64,000 bases of DNA, taken from positions 1 to 64,000 of the forward strand of contig JAVKOQ020000104.1 in assembly GCA_031835245.2 (NCBI GenBank). The letters run 5' to 3'. Shown one piece after another: positions 11,186 to 22,632 of this stretch. Position 1 is the stretch's first letter; every line of letters begins with the position of its first letter. This stretch comes from Balamuthia mandrillaris. Its lineage: Eukaryota. The notes below the pieces were generated by a model that did no database searches, had not been told where the DNA came from, and saw only the letters and a list, made by a program, of their open reading frames with translations. Position numbers and translations under genes: made by a program.

Positions 11186-11451
11186 TGTTAGAAAGGGTGA
11201 ATAACATGAACGGATAGGGCCAAAACATATTATTCAAAGAGGAAACAAGGAAACAAATGGATGTCCAGGAGGGAAAGTGTAGTGTGAATGAAATAAAACC
11301 AACTAAAAGAAAGAGAAAAAGAAGCAATGGAATAAAAGGAAGAAGCCTAGCAAATTGGCAGCAGGCGATTGGTCCACATTGCAGATGTCAACAGAAAGGA
11401 AAGGAAAGGAAAGGGGCAACAGAACCAATATGTTGAGAGTAATTCTCAACA
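11186..11451 (-). mobile_element. Solo LTR (family A) with 4-bp TSD ATTT
   Basis: TG...CA termini, ATTT at 11182-11185 and 11452-11455, homologous to 7091-7334. Confidence 0.75.
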
Positions 11452-11464
11452 ATTTAATGAAAAG

Positions 11465-11943
11465 GAGGATTGCCCTTTGGTAAAAAGTGGAAAAGTCATT
11501 CAACAGTCTGAAGAGGACAGTACGTGCCCTGCATGCAATGCTGAGGAAGAAACTGCAGAACACTTCCTGTTAAGATGTCCAAATTCTTGGAAAGATTGTT
11601 TTAGAATCTGGAGTGTGGACCATAGAGATGAAGAACAAGTCAAAAATCTGATTATAGAAGACTGTACAACAAAGCTCCTGTCAAATGGAAAGAAATGCAA
11701 CAGAGCTTAAGAGATAAAACAATGTAAACAAAGTTATAAACAGTTGTCAGTCTGGAGATTATGGGCAGCAAGAGCAAGTTGGAAGCATGGAAGTTCTTTT
11801 GCATTTTATCAATTTTTGGAAGTAATGTAAAAGTAAGGAAATGATAAGAGGAAAGGAAAGGAGAGAGAAAAAGATAGGTAGTTGAGATGAAGTTAGTCTG
11901 AAAGCTCATTCAACACCTTTCACTTGTAAACTAAAAACAATTG
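11465..11943 (+). mobile_element. LINE 3' fragment (zinc finger and 3' UTR)
   Basis: CPACNAEEETAEHFLLRC. Inverted homolog of 1-440. Confidence 0.9.
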
Positions 11944-11948
11944 AAAAG

Positions 11949-12182
11949 TATTGATGGGGGATAAACCCTGTGGATCAAGAAAGGGATGGCATGCATGTGA
12001 CTCTGGGTTTATTCACAAGAAAAGAGATGTGGACCAAAGTGTGTGCTTTGAGTGTGTCGTGAGGAAAAGGGAAAATAAAAAAGAGTAAGAAAATTTGGGG
12101 TATCTAGGGAAAGTGTTGACAGGAAGTCATAATGACACGAATTGTTGGTTTTCCAACAACGTGACTTGTTGGTTTTCCAACA
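11949..12182 (-). mobile_element. Solo LTR (family B) with 4-bp TSD AAAG
   Basis: On the minus strand it begins TGTTGG, ends CAATA (one change from CAACA) and contains AATAAA (12008-12013). AAAG at 11945-11948 and 12183-12186. Confidence 0.65.
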
Positions 12183-12236
12183 AAAGGATCAGATACAGCT
12201 TTCACTTTTGTGTTTCATTGTAAAAAGGCAATAGAA

Positions 12237-13721
12237 TTATTTTTGATAAATTATAGGTGTCATAAAAAAGGTGTTAAGTTCTTTAAATAGCATGCGAGGA
12301 ATGTTGACCTAATGGTTGAAAAACAAATACAATTAGATAAAATAAACATAAATTGAAAACACTACCTGAAAACAAAATATATGAACAAACATTAATAGCT
12401 TTTGAAGTAATGATTTATTAACTTTTTTGGAGCTTTGCTTAGTAAAGATTGGTTCTATTCAAGTAAAATAATGTTAAAATAAATATAATCATTTATTAAA
12501 CAAAAACATACCTGATGATGTATTATCAAAGTATAAAGCAAGTGCAGCAATACATAAACAAATAGGAACACTTAGATTTTCACTTGAATAAAAGAAAACT
12601 TGATTTTGTTGGTATAAATTCTCTTTAACAAACAACATGGCTTTTGGTAATGCCTTCAATAAAGAACCTTTGTGGCGTTTTCCTTCCTAAAAATAGAAAT
12701 ATGTTATATGAATGAATACATTAAACTACCAATATAATGTACCAAAATAGGAAGATGAAGATAAGTAGAGCTTTGTTGCTTTAAAGTACTCTCAACAGAA
12801 ATGCTGCAATCTAAGACAGCCATTTTTGTTGTGAGTGGCCATGCTCCTTGATGAAGCTGCCCTTGTGCCTGGTATCCAACTATGAAGCCTGTAGTGGCAA
12901 TTCTATAATACCATGCATGCATAGTATCAGTTGCTAATAGTTCCTTCTCTTCGCTGATTTTTTTAACAACGAAATTAATACGATTTGCTATGGTTGACTC
13001 ATCCATTTGTTGACCCTTGTTGAAGATAAGGTCTTGTTCTTGATCTTCATCTTGAGAATGATAATTTAGGATATAAGACCTGTTCCTCCAGAATAATGAT
13101 GGGGTCAGTCCTTGGCTCCAACTTTCTTCATCATCTCCAGCTCCTTGAATATACCCAGTCGTGTCACCCTTTGGAGCCCATGAAGCAGAAACACAAATAA
13201 TTGGAATTGTATTTTCTTATTGTATTTGCTCGGTTTAGCTTTCAATCTGACTCAAAGGTAAAACTAAACTTACAAACCTTCTAAGCCCTTCAGCTGGTGT
13301 TCAATAGCTCGAGCATGAAACATGCTAATCTCTTCTTGTTCTGCGCCATTCAATCCCTCTTCTACGATGTGATTCCCTGGATTAAAAATCCAATATGGCC
13401 GAAGAGGATACACAAGTTTTTTTGCAAGGAGCTCAAGACTAGCGCTTCCTTGTGCCAGCAAGCTTTGCACAAATCCGTCAATATGCTGTTCAATCTGTTC
13501 TTTCTCTCTTGAAGACACCCAGTGAGGGACATGTAATGTTGTGTCCCAAGATGATGACCCCTTTGGGTTCTCATCAACACCAGCATGTTCTCGCCTATAC
13601 TGCTGCAAACTTCGATTTATAACACAAGCCCATATAGGCACGGTCCTGCTAAAGCTGTCAGGAAATAGTTTTCCCTTTCTGGTTGAATCCACAATGATAC
13701 CTTGAAGTGAAGCGAGGGTGT

Positions 13722-13775
<54 letters not shown>

Positions 13776-14259
13776 AGGAGAGAGTGAGAGAGTACAGCCA
13801 TGATTTTTAGCTGCTAATAACGCGACGTTGAGGTTTAAACGTTTGAGACTAAACTGCCAATAGCCTGTATGTCCATCTGTAGACTTCAATTTCCATTAGG
13901 GAGAGAGGGAGAGGGAGGGAGGGGGAGAGGGAGAGGGAGAGGGAGGTGCACTTTAAAGTAGCAAGTATCCTCAAATGAGGGAAAGTACCAAAGGCCACAT
14001 CGAAGATTAGCGACGAGGGGGTAAGATGGTAACTCCCTGAGCTTTGTTGTCAGAAGCTAGGAGGCCTTGAATGAATGACAAAAAGCAAGAGATAAAACCA
14101 CCTTTTCACTGCGGAAACGAAGCGAGCATCCTTTTCAATGGACACCAGACGGTTGAGGAGGCTCTGCTCTTCGTCTCTCTTTAATAAACGGCAGATCTTG
14201 TGGAAAGGAATGGTGGTGGTAGCTAAGTAAGCCTCCCCAGCTTGGTCTTCGTGTTGCAT
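12237..14259 (-). CDS. RIT1: Initiator tRNA A64-2'-O-ribosylphosphate transferase (multi-exon)
   Basis: ANLRCGLWY, CYFK|STDGH, DSTRKGKLFPDSFSRTVPIWACVINR and YIQGAGDDEESWSQGLTP motifs. Last exon ends VNIPRMLFKELNTFFM...stop. Confidence 0.92.
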
Positions 14260-14395
14260 GTTTGCTAATCTGCCAGGCAGGGGGGGGCAACTTCAGACCG
14301 CAAGAACTTTTTTTTTCTGGTTGTTGTTTGTTTTGTGGCGACAAAAGCAAGAAAAACTGAAGAGAAGAGACTGAGAGAGAGAAGAAGGAAGAAAG

Positions 14396-17300
14396 ATGTC
14401 GGCAGAGACTAATGTTGCCCAGGGTGAGCCTGCTGCCACTATCAAAATCAATGTAAAGACCTTGGACAGTCGCGTTCATTCGTTTTCCGTGGCCCCAAAT
14501 GTAAGCCACTTTTATTCCAATGTGTTATAAGTTGGTCAGTCTGACTAACGCAGGAGACCTGCTTGCTCTAGATTACAGTGCCAGAGCTGAAAGCTAAAAT
14601 CAGTGAATCCACCAATGTTCCTCCTGAGGCACAGAGATTGATTTTCCATGGCAAAGTTCTGAAAGACGACAAAACCATCCAAGATTACTGTAAGTATCTT
14701 TTTAAACGGATTGCTCCACGACAGTTGATATAACCTCTGCCGCACCAGCTATCCAAGATGGCCAAGTTCTTCATATGGTGGAACGTCCTCCAAATGTGCC
14801 ACCTCCTCAGTCGAGTGTGTATTTTTCTCCTTTCCTCTTTACTGTCCTCTCTCTGCGCTAATGGATGCAGCTATAGGCACTGCCAGCACAATGGGGCCTT
14901 CGACCAGTAGTGCACGTGCCCCTGCCCCAGCTCCTGTACCTCAGAACTTTGTGATGGGGGCTGTCACTATTCCAGTCGGCAGTGATACCTCCAACCTAAA
15001 TAATGTACGCATGCCTCTGAGAGGTTTTTAACCCCTTCCGCCCCCTCCAAAAAAGCTGTTGTTAATGATCCGGATCACCCATAAAACCCAGCTTCTCTCA
15101 AATGTGCTGAGTTCTCTTGGTGTACCCCTGGGCAGCTCTGCTTCTGTTAGATTAGCTACCACAAACTACGCTTCAAGCGAACAATCCTCGCAGCCTTCTC
15201 AATCTCAGGGACAACAAGTATCTTCCCAAGTACGCGCTCTCTATTCTTTCCTGGTCTCACTCTTTTCAAAGTGTTAACGTTGTTATGGATGGGCTAGTTG
15301 TTAGCTGTAGAACAGCTTTCTCCCTCTGTTAGGGTTGCTGTGGACCGGCTTCTCTCGGTGCAGATAACTGGCAGTGGTACGCCGATGCCAAGGTTGTTTA
15401 CTCCAACCAATAAGTACTCACACTTGACCATCACAGGAACGGAAGGGTCAGCCTCAACTTCCGCTGCAACAAACGCCGTTGAGCGAATGGGAGTACAAGT
15501 GCTGCAGTTGGCCTCTTGGTTGCAGCGCTGTTATCCTCATCTTCTTCAACTTGGTGCCCTTCTTTCTCGTGAGAGCAGTATTGAGGATCAAAGCGACAGA
15601 GAAGAAGCACAACAGTTGCTGCAGGCAGTAGCACCTCTTTTGCAGCCTCTAGGCAGCCTTCTTTTGCTGTTGTCACCACTGCTCTCCTCGACACAAATGG
15701 GAGAAAGCAGGGGGTCTGCACGTCAGTTGCAGTTGCCAAACACAACACCTGTCTCCGTACGATTTGGCACTGGATCTGCTCCTGCAAGGAGTACTGTTGC
15801 CACTGCTTCCTCAACAGGTTCTTCACGCACACCAAATACTGCTCAAGGTTGCTTTCTCTTGTCCTTTTCTCCTTCGCCTTTTTTGTATTCGTGATCTTCA
15901 CGGTTTCTTACTTTTTTCTTTTTCTTTTCCCCTTTTATGTCCGCTACCCTGTCTAATGCCAAAATAGCTAGTGGTGTGGCAAACTTGTTCAGCAACCTAA
16001 TGCCAATGGTTACTCCCATCTTACAACAGTTATCTCAGAATATACAGCAAACACATTCCAGTCAACAACCACAACAACCTTCTCCCTCAGGAGGTTAGTT
16101 ATTTAAAACTCTTCTCAAAATCAGTCCAAAGCAACATAACTAACTCCAGTTTCTGTTAGCCCAGGGTACAACTTCAACTTCACCACCTGCCGATTTCAAC
16201 AACCTGATGGGCTCTGTCTTTCACAGTTTTGGCACGCCGTCAAGAAGTTCACCCACCTCTGGGACTCCAACCAATACCGCATCACAGGGTACCAATACTT
16301 CAGCCTCTCCATTTGATCTAAATGCGATGATGTCGCAAGTATTCAGTTCCTTGGCCTCGCGACCCTCTGCTGCTTCTGTACCCCCTGCCCAAGCAACCAG
16401 TAGCCCGGCGTCTGGTGACGCACCGCTGTCACAGCCTGCAGCAACTGCAAGAATGTTTCAAATACTCACCCAAGCAATGGGGAATGTGAGTGACTCTACT
16501 CAATCCCCAAGCGTGAGCGATGTCATAGCTTCTCTTGCACAGACCATGGAAGCACAGGGCACTTCTTCGCCTGTGCAAACTGATGTTATGGAGGGTACGC
16601 TCCTGTTTTGCATTTATTTACCTCTCTCTAACAATCCTGTCCCGTCATCTTGCAGGTAGCGATGCGCTTGGTGAAATTTTCCACTTAGTAATGTCTGAAC
16701 TCTCTGTTCCGGATCTGCTCAGCTTGCTTCAGGGCAATTGGGCGCCTATGGGTCCTCTGCAGCGCACTCTTTCAAATTATTTACAAACCGAAGTGGGCCT
16801 TAGTTCAAACTCTCCTGACCGAATTAAGAGCTTTGCACAGGAAATTGTCAAGTCTTTGTCCGAGTCATTGGACGAAAATAATCTACCTGAGGTAACGCAC
16901 CTTGTACTTTGATGATGGTGATGTGATGTGATGAAACAGCGATGGTCTGAGTAACAGCCTCGAACTTACAATGGGTACATTTAGGAGATCAAGGGGCGAA
17001 TTGTGGAAGGTGGCAATATCACAGAAGCAGCCTTGACCGTTGTACATAGTCACACTTATAGACTGCTGGAGCTGATATTAGCGTCAAGCGAGGAAAGGTT
17101 TGCCATGGATTTGAAAGCCTGGAGCCGCGACTTCGTGCAGGAGCTCGTCCAATCTCTTTCCCTCAATTTTAGGGGCGGGCTTTCAGATACAGCTTTCTTT
17201 GTGCAATGGTTTTTGCAAACGGTAAGGAGTTCTATCAGGCCGTTTGCTACCTTGTTATTCTTTGGGTCATAACCTTTGTTCCCTTCAGAGGCTTGCCTTC

Positions 17301-17633
17301 ATGGGAGACGAAGTAGCTCGCCTGGGCTCCAACCTTATCGCTGTTCACGTAATGAATACTTTCTCTGCAGGGCACACCTCTTCTTCTGCTGCTACTGTTT
17401 CCTCTGTGCCAAGGGATAATGGCAGAGGGGCTCCTCTCATTACCATCCCCACCCTCGATCTAGCATCTGCTCAGCGTTCCCCAGGCCATATACCCCCAGA
17501 CTGGCTGCGTATGATCCAGGAGGACGAACAACGTCAATCCCATCGGCTTCCGCAATCAACACATCTTAGCGCAGCCTACCAAAAGGGCAACCCTCACCTT
17601 CGCGGCGGCCATCACGCTAAACCACAACACTGA
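14396..17633 (+). CDS. BAG6: BAG6/Scythe-like ubiquitin-like domain protein (multi-exon)
   Basis: N-terminal UBL (INVKTLDS...QRLIFHGKVLKDDK), low-complexity middle, C-terminal PPDWLRMIQEDEQRQ...LSAAYQKGNP. Confidence 0.8.
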
Positions 17634-17767
17634 GCTTGTTTGTGGTGGTGCTTTTTGTGGTATTATAGGTGGTGCGCTGCAATAAACGATAGTTTTAGCC
17701 CCTTTACCCTATTTTTCCACGTCGTCCCGAGAGCGCTTAAAATCCGGGCGAAGCCAGCCAAGCAGGG

Positions 17768-19289
17768 ATGGGGAGGGAGAAGGAGCTGCTCTGTTGGCCT
17801 TGCGTTGCACGGCCCTTGAGCGTGCTATTCTTTGTATTCCTTTTAGCCGTTTTGGTGTGCCCTCAAACCGAGACCAAGGTGAGTGGCCTTACAACAGTTG
17901 CTGACAGCAACCTCTCTCTCTCTCTCTCTCTCTCTTCGCTTTTTCTCTCTCCCTTCTCTCTCTCTCTCACGGGATGCCCTTCGCCATAACTGTAGTCAGA
18001 AAAACGGCTCGCAAAACTACGAGAACTGCAGGAGCAATTCACCTTCATCCCAATGAATGAAACCAACTACAAACGGTTTGTACTGCCAACTACGCGACCA
18101 TACGACCTGCTGCTGTTGTGGACCAGTGACAGTGTGCGCTGTGTGCCTTGCGGGTAAGTGTTGGTATGATGCCAAGCAGAGCTCTCCTTGCCCGCTGCTC
18201 CTTCGGTAATTAAAAACTATCGCACTGCAGTGCCCTCAACGAAAACCTACGGCAATTGTTGGCCAGTCACCTCGAAACTCTGCCCAACCCTCAAAGCCGC
18301 ACCTTGTTTGCTTTTGTCGGTGATCCAGCGTACCTTGACGTGCCGGCACAAAAGTTTGGAGTGAGAGGCCTGCCTACTCTCCTCCTACTGCGCAGCACCG
18401 AGCAGCAGAACCTTGCTTCTTCCACCCATCGGCAAGTTGAAGAGTTTAGGCCCAAGAGCATGCAAGACCTTGCTGCACCATTTGCCCTATCTCACTGGCT
18501 TGAACAAAAGACCTCAATGCGTGTATTGTACCACACCTTCGTCCTCCTCCTGCTGCTGATTACTGGTTGAGATATATTGTTGTGGCTAACTGTGCTGCTG
18601 TCGCATAGTTCCCAGCTCGTGGACCTCTGCTGGATAGTCCAGAGGTAAAGCAAGCTGTGATTGCCGTGCCAATAGCATTTGTTGTTTTCTTGCTTATCTA
18701 TGGCCTTTGGCAACGACAACCCTTGGTATTCTACCTGCTCACCTTGGTAAGAACAAACCCTTTTCTCTTCTCATCTCAAAGAAATGCAATGTGCTTGTCC
18801 AAGCATCTGCCACACGTCGTGTTCCTCCACCTAACTTCTGAGCACCACAGTGTCTTTATGCATTCACCCTGGCTGGTGTCATATTCAATGCTATCCGGCT
18901 GCCGCCTTGGAGAGGCTTAGGACAGGATCTGCGCCCTTCCTACTTTGCACCTGGCTCGCGCACTCAATACATTTGGGAGGGCGTATTCATGGTCATTCTT
19001 TATATCCTTTTGAGTTCTTAGCTCGAGGTGGTGGTGGTGCAGAAAAGAGGAAGCCTGCTCTTTCTCATCAGGACGCTTTTGACGCCTTAACGTTCCCCCT
19101 CCGTCTCTACTTTATGCAGGTACTGCTTCATGGGTACTGCTTACCGACTTTGTTCCACGGCTAGAGAACCCTTGGAAGCGAAGGGGAGCCTTTTTTGGTT
19201 TATTCACGGTGCTGGCCTACGTTATCCACCTTATCCTCTATATTTTTGCCCAACACAAAGTGGGTGGCTACCCCTTCTTTTTCCATTAA
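17768..19289 (+). CDS. Oligosaccharyltransferase subunit OST3/OST6 (MAGT1/TUSC3 family)
   Basis: Signal peptide, thioredoxin-like domain (RPYDLLLLWT, CVPC), TM helices, QYIWEG and terminal GYPFF. Confidence 0.85.
19002..19110 (+). other. U12-type AT-AC intron
   Basis: 5' site ATATCCTTT, branch site CCTTAAC (19085-19091), 3' end AC. Removal restores the frame EGVFMVILF-YAGTASWVLL. Confidence 0.88.
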
Positions 19290-19439
19290 CTCGGCTCCAT
19301 TCTGGTCAAAACCTCGCTGTTCCATCCAAATGCGCCTATCATTATTAAACATTTTCAAAACTCAACAGACAACAGATAAGGAGGGCAGAGGGATGAGGGT
19401 GGCGAATGATCCAGTGGCGCTGAAAAGAAGGCCTAGAGG

Positions 19440-19535
19440 TTTAGGATTGGGGGTGTGGACGATGAGGAACAAGCCAGATAACTGATTATTGAGGGTTGGT
19501 GGTATGTGCAGCAAGAGCAAGTCGGAAGTATGGTA
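19440..19535 (+). mobile_element. Small relic of the LINE 3' end between convergent genes
   Basis: GTGTGGAC-GATGAGGAACAAG...CTGATTATTGA resembles 11613-11660, and GCAGCAAGAGCAAGTCGGAAGTATGG resembles 4303-4328. Confidence 0.7.
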
Positions 19536-19772
19536 AGCTTGCTCACAAGCCCTGCATCTACACTAACACCAGTGTGGAAGGGATAGATCCCACCGCAGGT
19601 CCCTCATTAAGAGATCCTGCTCTGAGAGAAAAGAATCCTGTTCTGAGATTTTAAAAAAAAGTCGTAGGTGTGCGGGCATGTGTGTGTATGTACAATCAGG
19701 CTCATGTTCTTTTAAGTAAGGAGGGCACAGGTTGCCGCAACGGGTATATATATACATTGTTGGAACCTTGCG

Positions 19773-20478
19773 TCAGCTCTCTTCCTCTGACCCTACTTGT
19801 TCCTCTGCAACCTCATCGTCATCGCCGTCATCACCTTCTTCTGAGTAATAGTCGTCATTCTCATCGTAGTCATCTTCTTCCCCTTCTGTACTATGTGAAA
19901 AATCCTCTTGCTCCACAGAGAAGGCGGGGTCAGCTCTTAGGCATAGGAATCTAGCCCTTTCATCATGCTCCAGGTATGGGTCAACCACCACATCGAACGG
20001 GGAAGGATTACCTGGTAGCTTCTCTTTCAAGCGTAACCTGTGCACATCCCCCACGTTGAAACTCTTCAACGTACCACAAAACTTTCGAGAGAAAGCAGGG
20101 GGACGTGTTGGGCAAGTCCAGACAGGATGGCAGTAGCAGTATGTTAGCACAAAATAAGAATCAAGTCATTCAGGGGTCTCCAACTTGACCCGCCTGGAGG
20201 AGGGGAGCAAAGTACAAGTTTGAGAGTACCTTGTAGTAGAGACTTCTGGACATTTCAGGCGCCCCATGCGCGACATAGAGTACAGTGTCACTTGCAGGGT
20301 TCTGCCATACCCCACTGATAACTTCTAATAGTTGGTACTTCATGACCAGGCCGTAGTGCTCCTTCCCCGACGGAGGACAGTCTTGCTTGTCTAACAGTTG
20401 TCCCCGTACTACCAACTCGCTGCTGCCACCCGTGGCGCGGCGGGCTGCCGTCGGCATGCGCACAGCTCTGCCCATCTT
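19773..20478 (-). CDS. Hypothetical two-exon protein with acidic C-terminal tail
   Basis: ORFs 20170-20520 and 19773-20150 join in frame through a GT-AG intron (SLYYK|FCGTLK). Exact start uncertain. Confidence 0.6.
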
Positions 20479-20581
20479 CGTCTTAAGACCCCTCCACCAA
20501 CCAACCAACCAACCAAGCAACTAAGCAAGCGCAAGCAGGCCCCAGGGTTGCCTCCCCTGGCGTTACCATTTTTGTTGCACA

Positions 20582-20616
20582 AACCTTAACCCTAACTCTA
20601 ACCACAACCCTAACCC
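20582..20616 (+). repeat. Degenerate telomere-like (CCCTAA) hexamers in a divergent promoter
   Basis: AACCTTAACCCTAACTCTAACCACAACCCTAACCC. Confidence 0.55.
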
Positions 20617-20750
20617 CAGCGGCTTGGTTTGCAGCCCCAAAAGGACCCAAATAGAAAACATCTCGGCGGAGGAGGAGGACACAAGCCCTTCAGGAGAGGA
20701 AAGTTTTTGGGCCACCCGCAAAATCAGAGTGCTGTCGTTGGGAGTCGAAC

Positions 20751-22592
20751 ATGCACTTCCCCTCCTCCTCTGCGGGCGGGCGCAGCAGCCCGCAAGAAAG
20801 GCAAGACCCGCAAACACAACAACAACAACAAGCCCCCTCCTCTAACAGTGCCCCCTCTGCTGCACCAAGTCTAGCGCCTACCGCAAGAGCAGCAAGAAGG
20901 AGAGGAAGACCCCCTGGCACCACCAATGCTAGCCGAGGCCGCAAAAGAAATTCCCTCAACCCACCCGCAGCACATGGTTTTGCCAGGCCGTTGTTGCAGG
21001 CTGTTGAAGAAGAAGTGGCAGTAGAGAAGGAGGGAGGAGGAGAGGCAGCAGTGGCAGCAGACGCAGCGACAACAGCGGATCCTGTCCAACAAACAACAGT
21101 GGGGGAGGTGCTGAGTGTGGAGGAATTGGAAACTGCTGAGGAGCTTGAAGAAGGCAGAGTCAGGAGCCAAGCCCGTGGGAGAGGACGAGGACGGGGCCGG
21201 GGAAGGGGGCGCGGACAAGGCAGAGTGCGCGGTCGTGGACAGGGCAGATCCAGCCTCCGCCCAGACAAAGAATTGGAAGAATGGAGCGAAGACCAAGAAA
21301 CCACAGCCAAAGGAAAGGCTGCCTACATTGCAAAAGGTCAACCTGGTTATTCCCGGCCCAAGTACACCTACGTGAAGAAGGGAAGACGGCCTATTGGTCT
21401 CGTGCGTGCCACACGGCACCGCGATGTAGCGTAAGCCATGACCTTCCCCCCAAACCCCTATTATTGATGCGGAAGAGAGGACTAACCACCCTTCGCCGCC
21501 CCACTACCATTTTCCATAAAAGGCGACAAAAGAGGGAGGAACGGTTGCGGGACAAATGCCAACAGCATTCTTCCGTTGTACCCTTTTCCAATTGGCAACC
21601 TCACCCTCTCCTCCTTTACAAAGAGAGACACCCCAACCAACCGACAGAGTATGTATTTCTGTGAGTGACAGGGTCTGTAACTATGTCTGACTGTGCTATA
21701 TTAGCTGCTTCTCCTTTGGGTGGAGAGACCCCCACTCAGCAATCAATGAACGAACAGCAACCCTTGCTCTGCACGAGGCTATGGCGTGGGGCACATACCC
21801 ACCGACCACATCTGCCTCCGATCAAGAAGAAGTAGCAGGGCGTAGCTATGGCTTTGTTCTTCGCACAGGTGGAGCCATATGGGGATTAGATTGGGCACCT
21901 GCACCATCCAATGCTGTTGCTTCTACGCCCTTTTCGCGAAGTCGGGGAGAGAAAGGGGTGGAAGAAAAGGGGGAAGAACAAGAACAAGAAGACGCACATG
22001 AAGAACTCTTGGTGGTAGCAGTGAATAATCCTTGCACCGCAACAGGGAACATGGATTTGGAGGAGAACGAGGAAGGAGAAGGGGAGGGAGAAAAGGCGCA
22101 CGCTACTTTGCAGATATGGGGAATACCACGGACTCAAATGGAAGCTATTCATAGTTCTTGCCCTTCACTTCCTGTTCTTCACTTTACCTTCGAGTGCGGT
22201 GATGTTGGAATTTCTGATGTCAAATGGTGTCCCAACACCCACCAGCCTGCCATGCAGAGGCTTGGCGTACTTGCTGTCGCTAACGAAGATGGTTCTATTA
22301 AAATCTACAGTGTCCCTACTCCTTGCTCTTTGGCCATACCTGCCCAAGGTGAGGCTTTTTTCTGTTGTGAAACACTATTTTATGCACAACTGAGCATCCT
22401 CCTTTTCTTGTTCTTCTTGTCCCTGTTCTACTTCCTTATTTCAGGAAAAGAGCCAAGTGAGCCCCGTCATATCGCACTAAGGCCAGACAGAGAACTTCGC
22501 CTTCCTCATAATATGCCTATCCGTTCATTAGATTGGTCTCCTGCGTTTGGTCACAGCCTCCTTCTTGCTGGGTGTTCTGATGGTTTGTGAGG

Positions 22593-22632
<40 letters not shown>

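Noticed and set aside
11225..11451. Part of LINE ORF2 (ORF track 11369-11710)
   Set aside because: Not homologous to the equivalent region of the 1-966 copy. It is an LTR whose frame happens to run into the LINE zinc finger.
12142..12183. CRISPR-like or Helitron-end tandem palindromes
   Set aside because: Only two units with a 6-nt spacer and no CTRR end. Better explained as the terminus of a solo LTR with a TSD.
16905..16950. Intronic C/D box snoRNA (TGATGA...CTGA) in BAG6
   Set aside because: The boxes are too close together, sit in a GATGT-type simple repeat, and have no terminal stem.
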